IMG/VR virus record: IMGVR_UViG_3300028809_000019 | Coordinates: 1-50,088 of that record | Length of the DNA: 50,088 nt | Reading direction: 5' to 3' (one strand) | From: a virus | Lineage: Duplodnaviria > Caudoviricetes | Part shown: in pieces, positions 1 to 8,272 of the stretch | How the letters are laid out: each line of letters begins with the position of its first letter | Position numbering within the stretch: position 1 is the stretch's first letter | Notes under the pieces: model-generated | Database searches by the model: none | What the model saw: the letters and a program-made list of their open reading frames with translations, nothing else | What the model was told of the DNA's origin: nothing | Position numbers and translations under genes: made by a program

Positions 1-9
1 TCCGCAGTT

Positions 10-135
10 CTCGCAGCCCGGCAATCCGCAGTGATCTTGCCATTCTTCATCGCGCCAGTCATGACGGCCATCAATAAACCGTCGCAACTCACTTTCGCTA
101 AACTCGGGTCGCCGATAATACGTCAGGTCGGCAAA
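10..135. repeat. 126-bp terminal direct repeat, copy 1 (assembly circularisation overlap)
   Basis: Identical to 49963-50088; first 9 nt of the window do not match. Confidence 0.95.
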
Positions 136-369
136 AGCGACCAAGAGGCCCTCGGGGCTCATTTCCCGGTCAACCGGTCCGGCTTTGCACGTAATTTCGA
201 TACGCCATGTGTCGAACAATGATTTAGTGCTGAACGGGTCGTCCCCACCCGCCTGAAATGGGCCGTGCGCGAAGTCCATCCCGTCGATCCATGCAGCACG
301 AATAGCCGTCCGTAGCTTTGCCTGAAGGCCGCGAACAGCGACGGCATGAGACGATATGTTCGGGTCCAC
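10..369 (-). CDS. 5' part of a 134-aa hypothetical protein spanning the circular junction
   Basis: GTG at 369 directly after the stop of 372..740, with GAGG upstream; reads MDPNISSHAVAVRG...HCGLPGCELCEGG...QQL* through the junction to TAA at 49918-49920. Confidence 0.7.
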
Positions 370-371
370 GG

Positions 372-740
372 TTAGAGCGCCTCACACTGGCCGGACCCGA
401 TCGTTACCCGTTCGTTGATCGTGGTCACGGTCGTTTCTAGCCGGCTGTTGAGCGTCACGGCGATCGTTCGGATGCCGTCCGTACTTGCCGCCGTATGGAT
501 CTCCGAGTCGGTCAGTTCCTCGTCGCGCGGCAAGGCCATGGTGGACAGCGAGGTCCGAACGATCATCTGGTCCGATTGGTCGTTGATCGTCATGCGGAAC
601 GACGGGCCCGGCGCGTCCGGTTCGACCACGCAGCCGACCAGACCGAAGCCGGGCAGTGCTGGCGGATCGGGGGCGCGTTCGGCTACGCACGCCGCGGTGA
701 GTACGGCGAGTCCTACAAGACCAACGGTAAAATTAGCCAT
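372..740 (-). CDS. Putative exported lipoprotein, 122 aa
   Basis: Hydrophobic signal ending VLTAAC; overlaps the stop of the methylase. Confidence 0.65.
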   Translation of the reverse strand: MANFTVGLVGLAVLTAACVAERAPDPPALPGFGLVGCVVEPDAPGPSFRMTINDQSDQMIVRTSLSTMALPRDEELTDSEIHTAASTDGIRTIAVTLNSRLETTVTTINERVTIGSGQCEAL

Positions 741-2043
741 CTATCAGCTCCTTCACGGTTTCGCAGAATCGGGTCGCCGTTTCCGCGTCGAGCGCGTTAC
801 CATAGGCGCGCAGTCGTCCCACCCTGGCGGAAGCTCCATGAGCCAACGGGAATGAGCCGGATCGAGTTGCCCGCCACTTTCCATCCCGGCAGAACAGCCA
901 GTCTTTAGCGTACCGTCGGCCGTCAGTCGCATCGGTCCCGATATCGCTGCAAAGTCCTGCAAGCGTTGCTGGTTTTTCGTTCCGTCTTCCCGCGTCATCA
1001 CTACGGGCCGTGCGCTCCGATCGTTGCTTACCGAAGTCGTCGGCCAGCCCGACAACGGCTTGTTCGCGAAGCAGCCCGGAATCCGATCGTCCGGACAATT
1101 CCAGTCGGTCAGCCAAGCATCCTCCGGCAAATCCTGCTGTTTCTTGCTCGGATAGACCCGGCCCGCCGACTGGTCGCTGTCGTGACTGCGCGGACAGTTG
1201 GGGGTTTTCCATCCGACCAGCGGCGCGCAGCCCGGCAGTCCGCCCGCCCCCTGCGCGGGTCCCCCGTTCGGGCCGTCTTGCTGACATGGTGTCGGCCAGC
1301 CGCTCAAGGTCGCCGCATCCGTCATCGTCACGCCGCTGTTGAACGGCGCGTCCGATTTTCGATTGGCCGTCAGGTTCCCGGTACTCGCCGCGTCCCCCGC
1401 GGTAGTCGTCGGCCAGCCCGACAAAATAGAGTCGCTGGCGAATATGGTTTCCGCCCTCGTCGATATTTCCCGCGCCAGCCCAATCGGCAAAATCGCAAAG
1501 CATGGATCGAACGACGGGATCGACACAATCGTGAATGGCCCGGCGTAACCATTCGCCGCTTTGGGACTCTTGCCACTCCACGCCGATGCCCGCAGCGCAC
1601 AGATCGGTCGCCCCGAAGGCGTAACCCGCTCCTTCCATGTCAGTCGATACAAGATCGAGCCAGCCGAGGCCGTCCTTGCTCGCAACTTGTTCGCCAAGGA
1701 CAATTGGAGGGCGGCACTGCGAGATAAGCCAATGCCAGTGGGGCCATAGGTGCCGCTCGTCAGTAAACCCGCCTGCTCGGCCTGCCGCGCTGAAAGGCTG
1801 GCATGGGCAGCTGCCTGTCCAGATAGGCCGGTCGTCGCTAAATCCGGCCCGTCGCAGGGCGTGCGACCAGATTCCAATGCCGGCGAACATATGAACTTGG
1901 GTAAAACCGATAAGTTCTTCGGGTCTGACGTCACGGATATCTCTTTCGTCGACAACGCCCGGCGCGATCTGGCCAGCCGCTATAAGATTGCGCAGCCAGT
2001 GCGCGGCGTAGGGATCGTGTTCCCCGTAATAGGCGATCGACAC
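733..2043 (-). CDS. DNA cytosine-C5 methyltransferase, main (alpha) frame
   Basis: FAGIG (motif I), GSCPCQPFS (IV), GEQV (VI), HIRQRLY (VIII), LRAYGNA (X). Confidence 0.92.
   Translation of the reverse strand: MSIAYYGEHDPYAAHWLRNLIAAGQIAPGVVDERDIRDVRPEELIGFTQVHMFAGIGIWSHALRRAGFSDDRPIWTGSCPCQPFSAAGRAGGFTDERHLWPHWHWLISQCRPPIVLGEQVASKDGLGWLDLVSTDMEGAGYAFGATDLCAAGIGVEWQESQSGEWLRRAIHDCVDPVVRSMLCDFADWAGAGNIDEGGNHIRQRLYFVGLADDYRGGRGEYREPDGQSKIGRAVQQRRDDDGCGDLERLADTMSARRPERGTRAGGGRTAGLRAAGRMENPQLSAQSRQRPVGGPGLSEQETAGFAGGCLADRLELSGRSDSGLLREQAVVGLADDFGKQRSERTARSDDAGRRNEKPATLAGLCSDIGTDATDGRRYAKDWLFCRDGKWRATRSGSFPLAHGASARVGRLRAYGNALDAETATRFCETVKELIDG
753..1955 (-). CDS. Overprinted ORF inside the C5 MTase; putative beta subunit carrying motif IX (true start uncertain)
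   Basis: 400 open codons; four (S/V)GW(P/K)T repeats; C-terminal GQLDPAHSRWLMELPPGW resembles motif IX, which the main frame lacks. Confidence 0.65.
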   Translation of the reverse strand: MSTKEISVTSDPKNLSVLPKFICSPALESGRTPCDGPDLATTGLSGQAAAHASLSARQAEQAGLLTSGTYGPTGIGLSRSAALQLSLANKLRARTASAGSILYRLTWKERVTPSGRPICALRASAWSGKSPKAANGYAGPFTIVSIPSFDPCFAILPIGLAREISTRAETIFASDSILSGWPTTTAGDAASTGNLTANRKSDAPFNSGVTMTDAATLSGWPTPCQQDGPNGGPAQGAGGLPGCAPLVGWKTPNCPRSHDSDQSAGRVYPSKKQQDLPEDAWLTDWNCPDDRIPGCFANKPLSGWPTTSVSNDRSARPVVMTREDGTKNQQRLQDFAAISGPMRLTADGTLKTGCSAGMESGGQLDPAHSRWLMELPPGWDDCAPMVTRSTRKRRPDSAKP

Positions 2044-2045
2044 GG

Positions 2046-2270
2046 CTAGCGCACCATGACCGACAGGACCAACACGACCCCCGGAATGATGATAACGAGC
2101 AGGGTCGCCGTTGCGATCGATACGGCAAAGCCCCGCCAGTCGCCCAGCGACCGGATGACCCGGCTCGGCGTCGGTCGGATCGGGTCGGTATATTGCATCT
2201 CGCGCAGGGCGTCCGGATGGCTGGCACGGTTGAAAGCCTCTAGGGCGTCACGATGGGGGTTGTTGGTCAT
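2046..2270 (-). CDS. Small membrane protein, 74 aa
   Basis: C-terminal hydrophobic helix; tight coupling to neighbours. Confidence 0.7.
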   Translation of the reverse strand: MTNNPHRDALEAFNRASHPDALREMQYTDPIRPTPSRVIRSLGDWRGFAVSIATATLLVIIIPGVVLVLSVMVR

Positions 2271-2503
2271 TACAGTGCGCGCACTTCGACCGAAACAATC
2301 GTCACCATCGGGCCAGCCGTCAAATCTTCGTTGCGGCTGATGAGAGGCCGACCGATGTTGCGGCGATCCAAAACCGCATGATTTTCGGCAGTGACGAGGC
2401 TGCGCGTTTCGAACCGACGAACCTTGCCGCAGGCATAGGTCGTTATAACTTCATGGGTCTTCGGTGCGGCCAGTGCGGCGTTAATCAGGGTCATGGCGTC
2501 CAT
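2270..2503 (-). CDS. Hypothetical protein, 77 aa, first gene of the antisense moron operon
   Basis: AAGGAGA SD before ATG 2503; just downstream of the leftward promoter. Confidence 0.75.
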   Translation of the reverse strand: MDAMTLINAALAAPKTHEVITTYACGKVRRFETRSLVTAENHAVLDRRNIGRPLISRNEDLTAGPMVTIVSVEVRAL

Positions 2504-2525
2504 CGGTTGTCTCCTTGTTGATCCT

Positions 2526-2593
2526 GCTATACCGGCCATTGACCGTCCCGTCAATACCTTTCTTTCTATCAGTTCCGCCCGTATTGTTCGTCA
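2526..2593. promoter_or_regulatory. Bidirectional cassette 1: palindrome 2539-2554; leftward TTGACG-17-TATAGC; rightward -10 TATTGT 2582-2587 before leaderless ATG 2594
   Basis: Read directly from the sequence; conserved with three other copies. Confidence 0.8.
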
Positions 2594-2944
2594 ATGGCCG
2601 CAACCTTCCTTCTAGACCGTGACGCGTGGGACGTGGCGCTCGATGCGTCGGGCAATATTGCCGTTGCGACCGAACCATATAGTCAAGTCCAAGATGCGGC
2701 CAGCGCGGTCCGTGTCTTTGAGGGTGAGGCTTACTATAATACGACCCTCGGCGTCCCGTACTGGACGGACGTTCTGGGCCGCGCGCAACCTTCGCAAATC
2801 ATGCGGGCCCGAGCGCAGCAAGCCGCAATGACCGTCCCCGGCGTGATCGACGCAACCGCCGTACTGACCACGCTGCCGAACCGCACGCTCGGCGGGCAGA
2901 TCCAGATAAAGACCGCTACGGGCGAGATAGGGATTACCATATGA
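2594..2944 (+). CDS. Baseplate wedge / sheath initiator (gp25-like)
   Basis: WDVALDASGNIA and GEAYYNTTLGVPY motifs; precedes baseplate J. Confidence 0.8.
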   Translation: MAATFLLDRDAWDVALDASGNIAVATEPYSQVQDAASAVRVFEGEAYYNTTLGVPYWTDVLGRAQPSQIMRARAQQAAMTVPGVIDATAVLTTLPNRTLGGQIQIKTATGEIGITI

Positions 2945-4110
2945 CCGAAGTCCCGCCCCCGTCCTTCGGCCCGTTCGGCTTTACGTCACCGGAAGAACTA
3001 GCGATCCTCGCGGGCGTCATGGCCGACATGAATCAAGCGTTCGGCGGAAACCTGAACCCGTCGCTAAGCACGCCGCAGGGCCAATGGGCGACCAGCCTTG
3101 CCGCCGTCATCGGCGCGTCGAACGACCTGTTCGTCGACTTTACGAACCAAGTCGATCCGGCGTTCGCGAACGGTCGGATGCAGGACGCGATTGCGCGCAT
3201 CTATTACCTGACCCGCCGGGGCGCCACGCCGACGATCGTCACGGCCCGCTGTTCCGGTGCGACCGGCGTTAATCTCCCCAGCGGCTCCCTTGCGCGCGCG
3301 ACGGACGGCACGATCTACGCGTCGCTATCCGGCGGCTTGATCGAGTCGATCGGTTACGTCGATCTACAATTTGCCGCCCTCACCCCGGGACCGCTGGACC
3401 TACCGATCGGGGCGCTCTCCACGATCTATCGGACAGTCCCCGGATGGGACAGCGTGACCAATCTGACCGCCGGTACGCCGGGACGTGACGAAGAGAGTCG
3501 CGAGCAGATGGAGGAACGGCGGGCGCTGTCCGTCGCGTCCAATGCGGCCGGCATCCTTCCGGCGGTGCGCGGATCGGTCCTGTCGGTGCCGACCGTGCAG
3601 GACGCTTATGTGACCGAGAACGAGACCGGCACGGCGGCGACTATCGGCGGCGTGCTGATCGCGGCCCATAGTCTGTTCGTCTGCGTGCAGGGCGGGTCGG
3701 ACGCGGACGTTGCGCGAGCTATCTGGTTGAAAAAACCCCCCGGCTGCAATTACACCGGAACGACCAGTGTCGTCGTCGAAGATACGAATAGCGGCTATCT
3801 GACCCCGCCGACATATACCGTGAAGTTCGAGCGGGCCGCCGCCCTCGCCATCAATTTTGACGTGACGCTAGCGGCTGGTCCGGGCGTACCGGGCGACGCG
3901 GGGACTCTGGTCGAACAGGCCATTACGACACTCTTCCCGACGGTCGCGCGGATCGGCCAGTCCGTGTTCGCCTCGTCGTTCACTTGCGCCATTGCCGCGC
4001 TCGGACCGTGGGTGAAATTGCTGTCGATCGAGGTGAACGGCGCGGCCTTCCAGGCGGTCAATATCGACGAGATCCCCGCGCTCGGGACGATAACGGTTCT
4101 CGTCACATGA
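2941..4110 (+). CDS. Baseplate J-like protein
   Basis: GRMQDAIARIYYLTR and GRDEES motifs; size and synteny. Confidence 0.9.
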   Translation: MTEVPPPSFGPFGFTSPEELAILAGVMADMNQAFGGNLNPSLSTPQGQWATSLAAVIGASNDLFVDFTNQVDPAFANGRMQDAIARIYYLTRRGATPTIVTARCSGATGVNLPSGSLARATDGTIYASLSGGLIESIGYVDLQFAALTPGPLDLPIGALSTIYRTVPGWDSVTNLTAGTPGRDEESREQMEERRALSVASNAAGILPAVRGSVLSVPTVQDAYVTENETGTAATIGGVLIAAHSLFVCVQGGSDADVARAIWLKKPPGCNYTGTTSVVVEDTNSGYLTPPTYTVKFERAAALAINFDVTLAAGPGVPGDAGTLVEQAITTLFPTVARIGQSVFASSFTCAIAALGPWVKLLSIEVNGAAFQAVNIDEIPALGTITVLVT

Positions 4111-4736
4111 CGGCTATTTTTCCCGTCGCGGTCGTTCCGCTGGGTGCCGTCGAGGACGTCCTTAACGCGGATATCGACCGGACGTTCTTCGACGTCAACG
4201 AGACGGTCCTGTCGCAATATGCGAACAGCCCGGTCATGCTGGCGGTGATCGCCAGTTTCTCGGCATGGCTGGATCTCGGCAACCCATTCAACCGCTTCTA
4301 TAATCTGATCTGGAATATCGACACGGCGGTCGGTCACGGTCTGGACGTCTGGGGCCGCATCCTTGGCGTCGGACGGGTGCTGCAAGTTCCGTCGGGCGAA
4401 TATATTGGGTTCGAGCAGCAACCCGAAGCCCAAACGTTCGGTCACGGCATATTGTTTCGCGGCATCAATCTGACGAACAGTGCGTCCTTGACCGACGACG
4501 CGTATCGCATCTTGCTCATGGCGAAGGCGGCGCTTAATATCACGGATGCGTCGATCCCGGCGATCAATCAGATTTTGTTGACGCTGTTCGGCGACGGGTA
4601 TGTGCGGGACAATTTGGATATGACCATGACCTACGTCTTTTCGGCACCCCTCGATCCGGTTCAGACGTCTATCGTCTTTAATTCGGGCGTGTTGCCCCGT
4701 CCGTGCGGCGTGTCCGCCACCGTGGAGACTCCGTAA
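4107..4736 (+). CDS. Baseplate wedge protein (DUF2612-like)
   Basis: SQYANSP, IDTAVGHGLDVWGRILGVGR, LPRPCGV; ATGA coupling at 4107. Confidence 0.85.
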   Translation: MTAIFPVAVVPLGAVEDVLNADIDRTFFDVNETVLSQYANSPVMLAVIASFSAWLDLGNPFNRFYNLIWNIDTAVGHGLDVWGRILGVGRVLQVPSGEYIGFEQQPEAQTFGHGILFRGINLTNSASLTDDAYRILLMAKAALNITDASIPAINQILLTLFGDGYVRDNLDMTMTYVFSAPLDPVQTSIVFNSGVLPRPCGVSATVETP

Positions 4737-5509
4737 TGAACCTGTCCGATATCCCCGCATGGTTCGTTAAACGGTTCGCCGCCGACGCGACTGGCACGTT
4801 CGTTCGGCCCATTCCGACCACATCGGCCGACCCGAACGCCGCATCCCTGTCGCTCGGCTTTCCGCCAAATACTTTCGCCGCGATCGGTGCGGGCGGCTCC
4901 CCTCAAGACGGGCGGGACGTCAACGGCATCTTGAACCAACTGTCCGCGTGGGCTCAATGGATGGGTGTAGGCGGCCCGACCCCGTGGGCGTCCACGATCA
5001 GCTCGGCGGCCGGCGGCTATCCGCTCGGCGCGGTCGTGCTGTCCGGTACGGTTACGGGTCGCCTCTATCAGTCGCAGGTTAACGCCAACGTGACCAACCC
5101 CGATACGGGCGGCGCGGGCTGGGTTATCCTCGTCGATAAGGCCGCCTCGCCTGCCGACATGATCGCCGGGACCAGCAACGAAACGGTCGTCACGCCCGCG
5201 CAGCTGGCAACCGCGGGCTATGACCGGGTGGTCGCGCAAAGCCTGATCGCCAACGGCGGGTTCCGTGTGTTTGCGAGCGGCTATAAGGAATGTTGGGGGA
5301 CTCGAACCTATGCCGGGAATGGTTCCACGACCATAACTTACCCGATTACATTTACGTCCTTTTCCAATGCGACGGCTCAGGCCGCTTCGCTCATCGCGAA
5401 CGCTCAGGATAATAACCCGGCAGTCTACGAGTGCAATCTGACGACCTGCCGCGTGTGGAATGCTGTCGATAACAGCCTGGCCGGTTTCTGGCAGGCAAAA
5501 GGAGTATAG
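4736..5509 (+). CDS. Tail fibre protein, 257 aa
   Basis: N-terminal GFPPNT...DGRDVNGILN attachment domain; C-terminal GYKECWG...YPITF gp53-like segment. Confidence 0.8.
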   Translation: MNLSDIPAWFVKRFAADATGTFVRPIPTTSADPNAASLSLGFPPNTFAAIGAGGSPQDGRDVNGILNQLSAWAQWMGVGGPTPWASTISSAAGGYPLGAVVLSGTVTGRLYQSQVNANVTNPDTGGAGWVILVDKAASPADMIAGTSNETVVTPAQLATAGYDRVVAQSLIANGGFRVFASGYKECWGTRTYAGNGSTTITYPITFTSFSNATAQAASLIANAQDNNPAVYECNLTTCRVWNAVDNSLAGFWQAKGV

Positions 5510-5511
5510 TA

Positions 5512-5709
5512 ATGAACGAACATGCCACATTGATTGCCGAAGCACTCGAGAAGGTCGAACAGACTCATCGGGCGCACGGCCGAGCAGTCGCCGCGCTGCA
5601 CAAGCTAATGGCGGCTGCAGTGGTCGAATACGGCCCGCTGGTCGGTCTTGATGATAGGTTGGTTGCTCGGGCTGTGGCCCCCAAAGATCCCCCGCCGATC
5701 GATGCTTGA
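5512..5709 (+). CDS. Hypothetical protein, 65 aa
   Basis: AAGGAG SD; operonic position. Confidence 0.7.
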   Translation: MNEHATLIAEALEKVEQTHRAHGRAVAALHKLMAAAVVEYGPLVGLDDRLVARAVAPKDPPPIDA

Positions 5710-6154
5710 TCTCGGGATCATCGTAACGGGCGCTGCTGTTCTTCTGGCCTACCATGGAGGGCGGGGAGCTTGGTTGCGGCGATTGTTGTTGATGTCATGG
5801 GCGGCAATGTTCGGGGTGTCTATCGTTGAGGCCCCCATGTCTGCCGTCGTATTTTTGATGATCGTCATGGACGGCCTTATCGCAGCTACGGCCCTCATCA
5901 TAAGCACGCGCGATCCGGGACGTTATGATGCACGCGCGGTGGGGGCCGTTTCTATGGCCATGATGCCGGCACATTGGATAATGGCCGCAACGCACGGAGC
6001 CCCTAATTGGGCGCTTTACGCAGCCGCATGTAACGGGGGATTCGTTTTCCAATGCCTTGTCGCGGGAGGGTGGTTAAATGGGGTGGGGCGCCGCATTCAT
6101 CGCATCTTCGGTCGGCGTGGTTCTTCTAATCCTATCCGCGGCGGGGGTCGGTAA
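5702..6154 (+). CDS. Multi-pass membrane protein upstream of the holin
   Basis: Four to five hydrophobic segments; basic C-terminal tail. Confidence 0.7.
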   Translation: MLDLGIIVTGAAVLLAYHGGRGAWLRRLLLMSWAAMFGVSIVEAPMSAVVFLMIVMDGLIAATALIISTRDPGRYDARAVGAVSMAMMPAHWIMAATHGAPNWALYAAACNGGFVFQCLVAGGWLNGVGRRIHRIFGRRGSSNPIRGGGR

Positions 6155-6472
6155 ATGGATATTGATCCGAGTTGGGCGGTGCATGCGAAACTAGCCTTTG
6201 CGGCGTTTTGCGGCGGGATGACTCGTTTGTTATTCCGGCCAGCCGCAACGTTCCTTAAAACCGTCTGGTTGCTATTCGGCTGCATGACCTGCGGATATTA
6301 CGGAACGCCTCTTGTTATGCATTGGTGGACGTTGGACTCGAGTTATGTGGGGGCCGTCGGCGCGTCGATCGGTTTCATCGGTCTGTCCGTCGCCGAGGCC
6401 GCGCTACGTTCGGCCGATAAACTCGACCTGCGCGAATGGCTCCGGTCGCTGCTTGCTAAGAAGGAAGCCTGA
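6155..6472 (+). CDS. Putative holin
   Basis: 105 aa, about three TM segments, charged C-terminus, directly before the endolysin. Confidence 0.75.
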   Translation: MDIDPSWAVHAKLAFAAFCGGMTRLLFRPAATFLKTVWLLFGCMTCGYYGTPLVMHWWTLDSSYVGAVGASIGFIGLSVAEAALRSADKLDLREWLRSLLAKKEA

Positions 6473-6474
6473 CT

Positions 6475-7128
6475 ATGGCCGGCAATAGCCTCATATTCGA
6501 CACGATCCGCCCGTGGCTCGACCCGCAGGGCTTCACGTCCGCCCGCATCGCCGCGCTCGACTCGGCCTTGGCGACCTTCAAAACCGGCACGCTTCCGGCA
6601 ACACCGACGTCCGTCAAACTATCGGCGTTCGACCAGGCGATCGAAGCGCATTTACGTGTCGAAGAGGGCGACAAACCGCGGGCATATAGAGATCATCTGG
6701 GCTATTGGACCATCGGTATTGGCCGCCTGATCGACCCGCGCAAAGGCGGACGAATCACCGTCGAGGAACAGGCCATCTTGATCGCCAACGACCCGAGCCG
6801 TCGGGGCGGTACGATCATGGATTGGACGCTGACTCCTGCCGAACGGTCGATGCTGCTCAAAAACGACGTCAAGCGGTTCACTGATGCCATGAAAGACTGG
6901 CCGGCGTGGAAGCGCGTGCAGGGCGATATCCCCCGTATGGTTGCCATGACCGGCATGTGCTTCCAGTTGGGCGAAAAGGGCTTTGCCAAGTTCGTCAACA
7001 CGCTGGCGATGATCGCCGCAGGTCGATTTGCCGAAGCGGCCAGCAATATGTTAAAATCGAAATGGGCGACCGAAGACACGCCGGAACGCGCCATTCGGGT
7101 CGCAGCAATGATGAGGAACGGACGATGA
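6475..7128 (+). CDS. Endolysin, T4-lysozyme/GH24-like muramidase
   Basis: E-x8-D-x5-T triad in EEGDKPRAYRDHLGYWTIGIG; SKWA..TP.RA C-terminal motif. Confidence 0.9.
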   Translation: MAGNSLIFDTIRPWLDPQGFTSARIAALDSALATFKTGTLPATPTSVKLSAFDQAIEAHLRVEEGDKPRAYRDHLGYWTIGIGRLIDPRKGGRITVEEQAILIANDPSRRGGTIMDWTLTPAERSMLLKNDVKRFTDAMKDWPAWKRVQGDIPRMVAMTGMCFQLGEKGFAKFVNTLAMIAAGRFAEAASNMLKSKWATEDTPERAIRVAAMMRNGR

Positions 7129-7577
7129 ATCGTAAAATTCTTATAGCCCTCGCCGCAATGTCGTTCGGACTCGCCGCAATGTCGTTCGGACTCGCCGCGT
7201 GCGCCGGGATTAATGGCGTCCCCACGTCGCCCGGTCAGGTCGCCAACGCCACGACGCTCGACGAGAAAACCGCCATCGCCGTCGAAACGCTTTACACGGC
7301 TGCGGCCGAAGCGGGCACGCTGGCTTTCCGTGCAGGGATCGTGAAAGTCACGACCGACCCGACCGCCCTGCGCGACGACTTTTGCGCGGTCGTGAAGACC
7401 GGCTATACCGCGCCGGATCGGGGCGCTGCGGTCCGTAAGCTCGAATGTCAGTTGCGCGCCGCGCGCGATGCGACTCGAAGTGCGTACGACGCGGGCAACG
7501 CGGCCAGTTACGCGCAGGCGTCCACTCTCGCGATCGACTTGGCTGGCAAGTTGCTGGCCGCCATCAAAGGACGATAA
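7125..7577 (+). CDS. Lipoprotein after the endolysin (possible spanin component)
   Basis: MNRK, hydrophobic core and LAAC lipobox; ATGA coupling. Confidence 0.75.
   Translation: MNRKILIALAAMSFGLAAMSFGLAACAGINGVPTSPGQVANATTLDEKTAIAVETLYTAAAEAGTLAFRAGIVKVTTDPTALRDDFCAVVKTGYTAPDRGAAVRKLECQLRAARDATRSAYDAGNAASYAQASTLAIDLAGKLLAAIKGR
7149..7198 (+). repeat. 21-bp tandem repeat x2.4 in the signal peptide (LAAMSFG x2)
   Basis: ctcgccgcaatgtcgttcgga at 7149 and 7170, partial copy at 7191. Confidence 0.95.
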
Positions 7578-7580
7578 GCC

Positions 7581-7781
7581 ATGAACTTTACCGCCATCCT
7601 CAACGCCATCAATCTGGCAGGCGCCGCCGCCCCGGCTTTCAAAGCCCTGTTCGATACGGTCTTGCCGCTGTTCTCGGACGGCGAGCAGGAACAGCTTAAA
7701 GAGGCCTATGCGGCGGCCAAGGCTCGCAGCGATGCGGCCGAAGAACGGTTCGACGACGCGAGTCGCGGCCTGCCGGGTTAA
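7581..7781 (+). CDS. Small amphipathic protein ending the lysis cassette
   Basis: AAAGGA SD; hydrophobic N-half and helical C-half. Confidence 0.7.
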   Translation: MNFTAILNAINLAGAAAPAFKALFDTVLPLFSDGEQEQLKEAYAAAKARSDAAEERFDDASRGLPG

Positions 7782-8272
7782 TCGAACGGGACGAAGGGCT
7801 GATCGCCGGGGAGACGAACGGGGTGGCGGGGGTGCCCGTCTTTGGTCGTGCCGAGGCAAAACAGCTTCGCGCCCCAATGCTTAGCCGACAGTTTGATCGC
7901 CTCGGCCCGTCCGAGGTGATCGCCGTTCGCGCCCCATGCCGCGAGTATCGGCGTGTCGGTCATCCCGGCAACCATAAATATTTCGCCCAGCACGGCGTTA
8001 CCCTCGGGGCCATACGGATCGGCGGCGGCTTTCATATCGTCGGGCGACGTGGCGCGGTAGGCGAACAGATTAACGACTCGAATCCCGCCGAATCCTTCGC
8101 GCTTGGCGAAAGAAATGCAGCGACGGATAGTCGGGTCGTCCTTGCTCGCGTCGGCGGTCGACGGGTTTAGCATAACGATAGGTAATGTCCGCAATGAGCG
8201 GTCCCAGACGCGGAGCAGCCAATAGCGGTAATCCCCGCACGGTGAAATTTCGGCGGCTTTATACATTGTCAT
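7778..8272 (-). CDS. DUF1643-like protein
   Basis: YRYWL.R.W, MLNPSTAD...DDPTIRRC, VNLFAYRAT.P, AWG, G.PRHP. Confidence 0.88.
   Translation of the reverse strand: MTMYKAAEISPCGDYRYWLLRVWDRSLRTLPIVMLNPSTADASKDDPTIRRCISFAKREGFGGIRVVNLFAYRATSPDDMKAAADPYGPEGNAVLGEIFMVAGMTDTPILAAWGANGDHLGRAEAIKLSAKHWGAKLFCLGTTKDGHPRHPVRLPGDQPFVPFD

Noticed and set aside
159-347. Track ORF of 62 aa (minus strand)
   Set aside because: Another frame (GTG 369) gives a longer, better coupled gene across the junction
2539-2554. Palindrome as an FNR/FixK (TTGAT-N4-ATCAA) or CtrA (TTAA-N7-TTAA) box
   Set aside because: Half-site and spacing differ (TTGAC-N6-GTCAA)
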